Shown: piece after piece, positions 19,268-26,942 of the stretch
How positions within the stretch are numbered: the stretch's first letter is position 1
Layout: every line of letters starts with the position of its first letter
From: Myxococcota bacterium
GTDB lineage: Bacteria > Myxococcota_A > UBA796 > CAJQPC01
Direction of reading: 5' to 3'
NCBI GenBank assembly: GCA_036229005.1
Contig: JAZAMN010000055.1
Span: forward strand, 1-49,516
DNA length: 49,516 bases
Notes under the pieces: generated by a model
What the model was told of the DNA's origin: nothing
What the model saw: only the letters and a program-made list of their open reading frames with translations
The model's database searches: none
Made by a program: the position numbers and the translations under genes

Positions 19268-20929
19268 TCAGAATGTGTCATCCGGCGCTGGGTGTGGCGC
19301 ATTGTCGCGGGTCAGCGTCGCAGCGTGGCCCGCCTTCAGCGCTTCGCAGCGACGCCGCAGGAAGCCCTGGCCTGGGCCCGCGCTGCCCCCGACCAGGTCC
19401 TGCAGGGGAGAGCGGCTGGACTGGAGCAGGGTGTGCGCCTGCTGGATCGCAACGTCGGAGGGCCGGCCTGTGGCTTGGGTGCACCAGGCCTGCCAGAGCC
19501 AGGCGACCCCCACCAGCTCGATGTCCTGGATGCCCTCGAGTTGGGTGGGCAGCGTCTGGAGCTGGCACCAGGCCTGCTCCCAGTCCCCGGCTTGCAGGGG
19601 GATCCAGGCCAGGTAGAGCCGCGAGTAGCCCTCCAGGCGGCGGTCCCCCAGGCTGGCGGCGAGGTAGGCGCTGCGCTCCAGCGCCTCTTGGGCTCGGGGC
19701 CAGTCCCGGCGCTCCAGATCGAGCCGGCCTTGGTGGTAGCTGAGCCGGAGCTCCCGCTGTCGCGGCGTGGCTGGGCTGGGGGTGTTGGCTAACTGGTCCA
19801 GGACGGCCTGCGCTTGGGGGATGCGCCCCTGGTTCAGCCGCACGGAGACCAGGCTGCCCAGGATCATCAGGCTGTGGGCGTGCCCGTCCCAGCTCTGGGC
19901 CAGCGCCAGCGCCTCTTCGTAGCACTGGGCGGCCTGCTCCATCTCGCCGCGCAGGTAGTGCAGGGTGCCGCGGTTGTTGGTCAGCTCGGTCCAGGTCAGC
20001 ACGCAGTCTGTCTCCGCCAGGAAGCGCTGGGCGTCCCGGCTGAGCTGCACGGCCTCGTCCAGCCGGTGGCTTCGGCGGGCCAGGAAAGCGCGGCGGTCGT
20101 AGGCCAGGGCCAGCAGCTTGGGGTGCCGCAGGGTCTCGGCGATCACGCAGGCCTGGGCCGCCGCGCTCCGGGCCGCTTCCACCTGCCCCAGGCGTGCGTT
20201 CGCGGTGCAGCGGAGCACAGACAGGAGCCCCCGGGCGAGCCCCTGGTCCCAGCGGCTGAGGCCTTCGATGGCCTGGACCTGGTCCGCTCCGGTGAGCACA
20301 GCGGGCCAGATGCCTTTCTGCTCGAGGGCGAGCAGGGCCAGCAGTCCGCAGCGGAGCTGGAGGCCGGGGTCACTGGCCTGATCGACGTCCCGCCACAGGC
20401 CGGGGATGTCCAGGGTCTCGCCCGAGAGCAGCCCCAGCCAGGCCAGCTCCAGGCGGGCCAGGATGCCCAGGTCGTCGGGCTGCAGGGCCCGCTCCTGGAG
20501 CGTCCGCTTGCGCGCGCGCAGGTCCTGGAGGGTGGCCAGGGAGGTCGCGAAGCTCGCGTCAGGGAGCTCTGGGGTCTCCTCGGAGGGGGGCTCGGGGGCC
20601 AGCCATTCGCCGGCGCGTAGGATGTAGCCCTGCCCCCGGATGGTGCGGAGCAGGGAGGGGTCGCCCAGCTTCTTGCGCAGGCGGCTGAGCAGCAGCGAGG
20701 GGGCGCGGGTGGTCGCGCTCACCCGGTAGTGCCAGACCTGGACCAGCAGCTCTTCGCGGCTGACCAGGCGCTCCGGGCGCTCGGCCAGGTAGTGGAGCAC
20801 CTTGGCTTCCAGGGAGGTCAGGGGGACCACCTGGTCCCCTCTGACCAGCTCCGCCCGCTGGAAGTCCACCCGGCAGTAGCCCAGACGCAGGATGCTCCGG
20901 CCTGGGCTCAGGGGCGGACTCTCCGACAA
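19268..20929 (-). CDS. OmpR-type winged-helix + TPR transcriptional regulator
   Basis: LTSLEAKVLHYLA..PERLVSREELLVQVW...LSRLRKKLGDP...TIRGQGY, then TPR-like repeats. Likely TTG start at 20929 after GGAG (ORF track extends to 21055). Confidence 0.85.
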   Translation of the reverse strand: MSESPPLSPGRSILRLGYCRVDFQRAELVRGDQVVPLTSLEAKVLHYLAERPERLVSREELLVQVWHYRVSATTRAPSLLLSRLRKKLGDPSLLRTIRGQGYILRAGEWLAPEPPSEETPELPDASFATSLATLQDLRARKRTLQERALQPDDLGILARLELAWLGLLSGETLDIPGLWRDVDQASDPGLQLRCGLLALLALEQKGIWPAVLTGADQVQAIEGLSRWDQGLARGLLSVLRCTANARLGQVEAARSAAAQACVIAETLRHPKLLALAYDRRAFLARRSHRLDEAVQLSRDAQRFLAETDCVLTWTELTNNRGTLHYLRGEMEQAAQCYEEALALAQSWDGHAHSLMILGSLVSVRLNQGRIPQAQAVLDQLANTPSPATPRQRELRLSYHQGRLDLERRDWPRAQEALERSAYLAASLGDRRLEGYSRLYLAWIPLQAGDWEQAWCQLQTLPTQLEGIQDIELVGVAWLWQAWCTQATGRPSDVAIQQAHTLLQSSRSPLQDLVGGSAGPGQGFLRRRCEALKAGHAATLTRDNAPHPAPDDTF

Positions 20930-21109
20930 GACACAGTCTCCATGGATGCAGGCCCAAGGCCTATCGAGCCCATGGACTGCTCGCATGGTGGAGGGCGCCT
21001 GAGCACCCTCCACCCCCCCTCCCGCGAGGGGCGAATCACGCCCGTTCCTCCACAACTGTGGGGGGTTGGGCCTGCGTGTGGAGTTTTTGTGTCGAGTCGG
21101 CAGCGTGGA

Positions 21110-22384
21110 TCAGGGGCAGACGGCCGACTGAGGGTAGCCCTGGGTGGTATCCCAGAGCAGGTCCGACAGCTTGGTCGTGGTGGCCGAGGTCCCGGCTGCG
21201 GGGCGCGCTCCAGCCACGTCGGCGTAGTACCAGGCGTTGCGCTTGGAGAGGACGTGGTCGGTGGTGCAGGGCGCGAAGACGCCCTTGAACTCGGGCTCGT
21301 AGTAGGGGGAGGTCGAGGAGCTCATCTCGTTGAAGGTGCTCCGGAGCGTGTCGGCGGTGCAGTCCTGCTTCTCTGCAGCGCTCCAACCACCGATCACTGT
21401 GGGGTTCGCAGGCTCGACGTGGCTCTCGAAGTACTTCTGGTCGTAGAGACCAATGGAGACGTAGAAGGGGGTGTCCCAGTACTCTCCGGAGGCCATGACC
21501 GCGGTCGAGAAGCAGTCGGAGTCCACCGCTTCTCCGGTCATGCAACTGTCATCGAGCACTGCGTTCCAGGTGCTGAACTTGGTCGCGTAGCCACCGGGGA
21601 TGTACGGGGTCGCGCCGGCCTCCATCTCGCTCTCGCAGGTGCCGGTCCCGGTGTTGAAGGCCGTGACGGAGTTGGAGTCGACCAGGTCACCGAAGGAGGC
21701 ATCGAAGAGCCCCACCACCCTGATGCTGGGGTCTGATCCCTTGATCAAGTCGGCGATGCGATCCAGGTTGCGCTGGACGCCGGCTGAACCGGCCGAGCCG
21801 CCGGCCACCAGCACGTTGGTTGCCGTGTCCATGCCGTGCCGGTCCTGCAGGTCGGCGATCACCGCCTTGGTCAGGGCGTTGCCGTTGAAGTTCACGGTCC
21901 CGGGGCTGGTCATGTGGGGAAAGCCGGAGACAGTGACGGAGCCGCCACCGCCCACGTAGGTGTCCGAGCTGCAGTACTCCACGTAGACCCGGTTCCAGTC
22001 CTCAAAGGGGTTGGCGGTCGTGGGGTACAGCGGGTCGTTGGGGCTGAAGAACCCACCACTGGGGGTGGCGGGGGTGGGGGGCGCGGGACTGACCGAGTAG
22101 ACACCCACGCTCGCGCCGCAGCTCCCGCCGGTGCAGCCTGTCCCCATGCGCTGCGGCTTCCGGGCCGCACAACTCGCCGCGTCGGTGCAGGTTCCGCCGC
22201 CCTCGAAGTAGATCACCCAGTCGTCCGAGGTGGTCCTGGCGGGCTCGATCCAGTACGCCGGATCGGAGCCGTCGTTGCAGGTGAAGTCCGGCAACGTGGA
22301 CCACGCCGGCAGGCTGGAGTCGACGGTGTAGATCGTCGGAGCCGCCTGGGCCATCGAAGCCATCAGGAGCAGAGAGTTCATCAT
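21110..22384 (-). CDS. Secreted pectinacetylesterase / Notum-family alpha-beta hydrolase
   Basis: CNDGSDPAYW, WVIYFEGGGTC, WNRVYVEYCSSD, nucleophile GGSAG; signal peptide ending AQA. Confidence 0.85.
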   Translation of the reverse strand: MMNSLLLMASMAQAAPTIYTVDSSLPAWSTLPDFTCNDGSDPAYWIEPARTTSDDWVIYFEGGGTCTDAASCAARKPQRMGTGCTGGSCGASVGVYSVSPAPPTPATPSGGFFSPNDPLYPTTANPFEDWNRVYVEYCSSDTYVGGGGSVTVSGFPHMTSPGTVNFNGNALTKAVIADLQDRHGMDTATNVLVAGGSAGSAGVQRNLDRIADLIKGSDPSIRVVGLFDASFGDLVDSNSVTAFNTGTGTCESEMEAGATPYIPGGYATKFSTWNAVLDDSCMTGEAVDSDCFSTAVMASGEYWDTPFYVSIGLYDQKYFESHVEPANPTVIGGWSAAEKQDCTADTLRSTFNEMSSSTSPYYEPEFKGVFAPCTTDHVLSKRNAWYYADVAGARPAAGTSATTTKLSDLLWDTTQGYPQSAVCP

Positions 22385-22612
22385 GTTTGACCTTCCCGTG
22401 TTGAGCAGACGCAGGAGCCCTGGCCAGCGCCGGGATTGGGCTGGTGGTGGGGCTCTGTGGGCCTGCGCTTGCGGCCCGGGTCTGTCCCCTCAGGACCGCG
22501 AACCCAACCTACTGGCTCACCTGGGGGTCGAATGCATCATCTGTGCATCCAAACAATGATGCCCTCTTCTGGTGAAACCAATTTGTAAGAGGTCCCCCTT
22601 CAAGGGCCACAG

Positions 22613-22637
22613 CCGCCCCCGTCTCCAGCCGGTGGTC
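22613..22637. repeat. 25-bp exact direct repeat, copy 1 (part of a degenerate duplicate of the NUDIX gene 3' end)
   Basis: ccgcccccgtctccagccggtggtc is identical to 23129-23153; similarity extends over about 22598-22655 vs 23113-23181. Confidence 0.9.
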
Positions 22638-22657
22638 TCGCCGTCGAAGATGGCCGG

Positions 22658-23062
22658 TCAGTCTACCTCGGGCCCCTCTTCCCAGAACATCGTCGCGCCG
22701 GTCTTGGTGCGCTTGACCTGCGCGTCCCCCTCCGGCACCACCACGCGGAGGTCGATGTCGGTCTCCTCCCAGATGACGTACAAGTCGACCTCGCTGCCCT
22801 CCCAGATGAGCTCGGACGGCGTGTCGTCGCCCCACTGCATGTGGAGATTCTGGCTGTCGTCGACCCAGACGTGCAGGTCGAGCTCGCCGTCCTCCCACGC
22901 CACATAGAGGTCGAGCCCGTCCTCGTCCCAGACGACCTTGTCAAACCTGGACGCGTCGATCGTGGGGGTGAAGGTGGTCGTTCCCTTGGTCTGGGACACC
23001 TCCAACTGAATGTCGGCGGCGCTCGCGGTCGAGGCGAGCACCAGAGCGCTGAGAAGAAGCAT
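22658..23062 (-). CDS. Small secreted hypothetical protein with W-x(4-5)-DL-[YHR]-V repeats
   Basis: TAGACT...GGAGG-N4-ATG at 23062; signal MLLLSALVLASTASA; 134 aa. Confidence 0.75.
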   Translation of the reverse strand: MLLLSALVLASTASAADIQLEVSQTKGTTTFTPTIDASRFDKVVWDEDGLDLYVAWEDGELDLHVWVDDSQNLHMQWGDDTPSELIWEGSEVDLYVIWEETDIDLRVVVPEGDAQVKRTKTGATMFWEEGPEVD

Positions 23063-23114
23063 GAGACCTCCAGGCCTCAGTCTACCTGACGCACATCTCA
23101 CGTTCGGACTCGCT

Positions 23115-23615
23115 TCAGGGGCACAGGCCCGCCCCCGTCTCCAGCCGGTGGTCCAGCATGCGCTCCGCATCAAAGATGGCCTCCAGGTGGAAGGGCACGC
23201 CGGCCAGCAGCTCGGGCAGCCACACCCGGTCGTCCGCCCACATCTCGTCAAAGGGCAGCGCGTCCACCGCGCACCACAGCGGGATCGCCTCGCGGGTCTC
23301 GGTGGGCGTGCCTGTGTAGAAGCGGGAGTGGAAGACCTGGCACTGCAGCCGCAGGCCGTCGGTGAACTCAAAGCGCAGCCGGCCGCACCAGCGGGCCTCC
23401 AGGGGGGTGACGCCCAGCTCCTCGATGACCTCACGGACGGCGGCTTGGGGGGCGGACTCGCCGGGATCGATCTTGCCGCCCGGCGCGTTGATCAGGCCCT
23501 TGCCCAGCCCGGTCTTCTTGCGGATGAGCAGCAGCCGCTCCCCCTGCTGGATGAACAGGAGGGTCGCGCGCATGGTGGGGGTCCAGGTGTTCCAGGCCAC
23601 GTCTTGGTGTCGCAT
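23115..23615 (-). CDS. NUDIX hydrolase, 8-oxo-dGTP diphosphatase (MTH1-like)
   Basis: LLIRKKTGLGKG..NAPGGKIDPGESAPQAAVREVIEELG Nudix box; PFDEMWADDRVW. Confidence 0.9.
   Translation of the reverse strand: MRHQDVAWNTWTPTMRATLLFIQQGERLLLIRKKTGLGKGLINAPGGKIDPGESAPQAAVREVIEELGVTPLEARWCGRLRFEFTDGLRLQCQVFHSRFYTGTPTETREAIPLWCAVDALPFDEMWADDRVWLPELLAGVPFHLEAIFDAERMLDHRLETGAGLCP
23129..23153. repeat. 25-bp exact direct repeat, copy 2 (inside the NUDIX 3' end)
   Basis: Identical to 22613-22637, 516 bp apart. Confidence 0.9.
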
Positions 23616-23672
23616 GGGGGGCAGCGTAGCGGTCCTGGGGTAGCTTGCACAGGACGTTTGGAGTCCGCTCAG

Positions 23673-24473
23673 ATGCTGTCCCTGTTGACCTCGCTGGTCG
23701 CCGCGCAGGAGCCCCTGCCCGAGCACATCGCCGCCACGCAGATCATCGCCCACCGCGGCGGCGCCGCCCTGGCCCCCGAGAACACCCTGGCCGCCTTCAC
23801 CAAGGCCGCTGAGCTGGGCGTGGGCTTCGAGCTGGACGTGACCCTGTCCAAGGACGGACAGGTCATCGTGCTCCACGACGACAGCGTGGACCGCACCACC
23901 AACGGGCAGGGCCTGGCGGGGGACCTTAGCGCCGCCGAGCTGGCCGCCCTGGACGCCGGGAGCTGGTTCGCCCCGGAGTTCGCCGGCGAGCCCGTGCCCA
24001 CCTTGGATCAGGTGCTCGACGCCTTCGGCGGCCAGGTGCTGATCGACATCGAGATCAAGACCCACCCCCAGCGCGAGCAGCTCGCCCAGGGTGTCGTGGA
24101 CGCCGTGGTGTCCCGCGGCCTGGAGGACCAGGTCCTGGTCACCAGCTTCGACCCCCTGATGCTGGAGCAGGTCAAGCTCAAGGCCCCCGCCATCCCCCGC
24201 GGGCAGCTCACCGGCACCTTCAAGGGCGCCGAGCTCAACCCCATCACCAAGCTGGTGCTCAAGCGCATGTGGCTCAACGGCAAGTCCGAGCCCCAGGTCA
24301 TCGCCGTCGAGGCCAGCCGCGTCACCCGCCGCTTCGTGCGCAAGCAGCAGCGCCACGGCTGCCAGGTCTGGGCCTGGACCGTCAACGACCCCGCCGAGAT
24401 GCAGCGCCTGCTGGAACTGGGCGTCACCGGGCTGATCACCGACCACCCGGACGTGGGGTTGGAGCAGCTCTGA
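23673..24473 (+). CDS. Glycerophosphodiester phosphodiesterase
   Basis: IIAHRGG..APENTLAAF, ELDV..SKDG..IVLHD, IEIK, WTVN, GLITDHP; ATG 23673 after GGAG. Confidence 0.93.
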   Translation: MLSLLTSLVAAQEPLPEHIAATQIIAHRGGAALAPENTLAAFTKAAELGVGFELDVTLSKDGQVIVLHDDSVDRTTNGQGLAGDLSAAELAALDAGSWFAPEFAGEPVPTLDQVLDAFGGQVLIDIEIKTHPQREQLAQGVVDAVVSRGLEDQVLVTSFDPLMLEQVKLKAPAIPRGQLTGTFKGAELNPITKLVLKRMWLNGKSEPQVIAVEASRVTRRFVRKQQRHGCQVWAWTVNDPAEMQRLLELGVTGLITDHPDVGLEQL

Positions 24474-24480
24474 GGGGAGG

Positions 24481-25620
24481 TCAGGGAGCGCTGTCGTCTA
24501 CGCAGGGAGCGTTCTGCACCTCTCCCTGCAGCACGACGCAGAAGGGGGTCTGGTAGCGCGGGTCGTCCATCAGCGAGGAATCGCTGAGCGCGTCCAGAAA
24601 GGCCAGGAGATCACTGCGCTCCTGCTGGCTCAGCTCGAAGCCGCGGATCAGCCGGTGCTTGTAGGGGTTCTCGGCCCCATCGCCCGGGTTGGGGCCGCTC
24701 TCGATGCGCCTGCCGCCGCGCGCGTAGGCGTCGATCACATCGCCCAGATCGTTGGCGCTGCCGTCGTGCAGCCAGGGGCCGGACTGCGCCACGTTGCGCA
24801 GGCTGGGGGTGCGGAACACCCCCATGTCCTCGGGGGCACCGGTGACCTCGATCAAGCCCTGCTCGGACTCGGGGTAGGCCCCCAGGCCGTCGACGTTGTA
24901 GAGCCCCGTGTTGAAGTAGCCGTGGCGTGCGCTCACCCTCCCCAGGGCGCTGGTGGGGCTGTCCAGGAAGACCCCGCCGTGGCAGCGGCTGCACGCCAGC
25001 TCCCGCGAGAAGAAGAGCTGCCGACCCCGCTCCGCGGCAGGCTCCAGGGGGGTGCCGTCCCGCAGGTAGCGGTCGTAGGGGCTGTCCCCGCCGACGATGC
25101 TGCGCTCGAAGCTGGCGAGCGCCTGCTGGACCTGCTCCAGGTTCCACTCCTGGCCCGGATAGGCGGCCTCCCACAGCGGGGGGTAGATCGGGTTCTGCGA
25201 GAGGCGGGGCTGCAGCGTCTCCCAATCCATCCCCATCTCCAAGGGATCGTGGCCACTGAGGGGCACCAGCACCTGCTCCTCCAGCGAGGACGGGGCGTCC
25301 CCACGCCAGCCCAGGTCCTCACGCCAGGCCACGTTGGCCAGGCTCAGGGTGTTGCGGGGGTGCATCTCGTTGGTGGCCCCCAGCGCCCGCACGAAGCCGT
25401 CGGTGAAGCCCTTGGCGGCCTCGTGGCAGATGCCGCAGCTCCGCGTCCCGTTGACCGACAGGCCGGGGTCGTAGAAGAGGTGGCGCCCCAGCTCCACCTT
25501 CTCGGGGGTCATGGGGTTGTCCTGGGGGACGGCGGCCGGCGGGAAGTGCTCGGGCACCCCCCACAGCCCGGTGTCCAGCGGCGTCCCCGGCTGGGCGCAG
25601 GCCAGCCAGAGGGCCAGCAT
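24481..25620 (-). CDS. MbnH / MXAN_0977-type di-heme enzyme (cytochrome c peroxidase/MauG superfamily), lipoprotein
   Basis: FP...VPQDNPMTPEKVELGRHLFYD..LS, CGICH, GFTDG, CSRCHGG, FNTGLYN, FRTPSLRNVA, HDGS, YARGGR, GDG..NPYK; TGATG overlap. Confidence 0.85.
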   Translation of the reverse strand: MLALWLACAQPGTPLDTGLWGVPEHFPPAAVPQDNPMTPEKVELGRHLFYDPGLSVNGTRSCGICHEAAKGFTDGFVRALGATNEMHPRNTLSLANVAWREDLGWRGDAPSSLEEQVLVPLSGHDPLEMGMDWETLQPRLSQNPIYPPLWEAAYPGQEWNLEQVQQALASFERSIVGGDSPYDRYLRDGTPLEPAAERGRQLFFSRELACSRCHGGVFLDSPTSALGRVSARHGYFNTGLYNVDGLGAYPESEQGLIEVTGAPEDMGVFRTPSLRNVAQSGPWLHDGSANDLGDVIDAYARGGRRIESGPNPGDGAENPYKHRLIRGFELSQQERSDLLAFLDALSDSSLMDDPRYQTPFCVVLQGEVQNAPCVDDSAP

Positions 25621-26141
25621 CAGCTCTCGATCAGCGCCACGAACCAGATCTCGCGGGGGCTGTCCTCGTCGAAGCGGAGGACGTAGCTGCCCCAGGCGTG
25701 GAAGGCGTAGCGGTTGTCGTGGATCTCGGTGTCCGGGCAGGCGCCGGCCCGTCGGATGCCGGTGAGCTCCTCGGCGTCGACGTGGTCGATGCTGTAGGTG
25801 GCCTGCTCGTCGGCGAAGAAGCGGATGGTGCTCATCCACTCGGGGACCTCGACCGTGAGGTAGCCGGGGCCGCTCTCAGGCAGCTCCAGGCGGTGGACCA
25901 GGGTGTCTCCGGAGGGCACGATCAGGGCCTGACCGGCCTCGGCTTCGGACCCAGCGATCACCATGGCCTCGCCCGTCTCCTCGAAGAGGCCGCACGCCTG
26001 CTGGGAGAAGGCGTCGTCGACCCCATCGGGCAGCTCGCGGCGGGGGAGCTCCTCGGGGGCGGTGTCCAGGACCTGGGTGTCCTGGGGCTCGGAGCTATCG
26101 GGGGCGGTGCAGGCCAAGGCCAGGAGCAGGGCGTTGATCAT
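25620..26141 (-). CDS. Hypothetical lipoprotein (173 aa)
   Basis: MINALLLALAC; ATGA and TGATG coupling on both sides; two further Cys and three Trp. Confidence 0.8.
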   Translation of the reverse strand: MINALLLALACTAPDSSEPQDTQVLDTAPEELPRRELPDGVDDAFSQQACGLFEETGEAMVIAGSEAEAGQALIVPSGDTLVHRLELPESGPGYLTVEVPEWMSTIRFFADEQATYSIDHVDAEELTGIRRAGACPDTEIHDNRYAFHAWGSYVLRFDEDSPREIWFVALIES

Positions 26142-26848
26142 CGGGCGCTCTCGATGCTGAGGATGGTGTCCAGGGCGTCCTGGTCGTTGTCGTGGCCGGT
26201 CCAGCACTGGACCAGCTCCATGTCGGGGCTGAGCAGGCACTTGCCGGGCAGCTCGCTCCCGTCGTAGGGCGAGGCCTCCAGCCAGGCCCGCTCGGGGTCG
26301 GCGAACACCGGGATGGCGGGATCCCCGACGTTGGGGGCGTAGTCCACCGCGGTCTGGTCGTTGGGCGGGTCGCCGGTGACGCTGGAGAAGAGCAGGATCA
26401 TGTAGGAGAAGTCGATCCCGGTCTGCGCCTGGAACTCGGCGCCCGCCTGCTCTAGCCCGCTTGCCTCGGACAAGCAGGCGGAGCACCAGGCCGCCGTGGC
26501 GAACACGATGCGCCACTGGCCCGAGAAGTCGTAGAGCGAGGTCTGCTCCCCGCACTGATCCACCAGGCCGATGTCGGCCACGGTGTCCCCGATGTCCGCT
26601 CCGGTCGCGCTGAGCGCGCTGCTGTCCGCCCGGCTCCAGCCGCAGGCGTAGCAGGTCACGCTGGCGTCCAGGGGGTCGCCGCCGCAGTCCAGCTCCTCCC
26701 CGTCGGAGAAGCCGTCCAGGTCGCTGTCCCAGGCGGCCGGATCGCTGCCCTCCTGCGCCTCGACGCAGTCGCTGAGGCCATCGCCATCGCCGTCGGGGGA
26801 GTCCGCGCAGGGATCGGTGGGCGCGCAGGCCAGCATCAGCCAGAGCAT
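26138..26848 (-). CDS. Thioredoxin-fold (TlpA-like) lipoprotein with N-terminal DxDxDG Ca-binding repeats
   Basis: GGAGG RBS, MLWLMLAC, DGDGDGLSD/DSDLDGFSDGEE, LVDQCGE..SLYDFSG, AAWCSAC. Confidence 0.8.
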   Translation of the reverse strand: MLWLMLACAPTDPCADSPDGDGDGLSDCVEAQEGSDPAAWDSDLDGFSDGEELDCGGDPLDASVTCYACGWSRADSSALSATGADIGDTVADIGLVDQCGEQTSLYDFSGQWRIVFATAAWCSACLSEASGLEQAGAEFQAQTGIDFSYMILLFSSVTGDPPNDQTAVDYAPNVGDPAIPVFADPERAWLEASPYDGSELPGKCLLSPDMELVQCWTGHDNDQDALDTILSIESAR

Positions 26849-26915
26849 GGGGAACCTCCAGCCCCGGAGGGTAGCCGACAGGGCGGAGGCGATCAAGCTA
26901 AGTCGCTGAAATTAC

Positions 26916-26942
26916 GAATATTCTAAAGGGTTCAGAATATTC
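26916..26942. promoter_or_regulatory. AT-rich inverted repeat: candidate operator or hairpin
   Basis: gaatattct-aaagggttc-agaatattc, directly after the tnaA stop and about 70 bp upstream of the di-heme operon. Confidence 0.45.

Noticed and set aside
22416..22456. GC-rich hairpin upstream of the esterase gene as riboswitch or terminator
   Set aside because: Imperfect stem, no U-tract and no recognisable aptamer; expected by chance at this GC content.
24481..26848. Methanobactin or other RiPP biosynthetic cluster
   Set aside because: No mbnA/B/C-like genes or precursor peptide nearby; only the di-heme enzyme family is shared.
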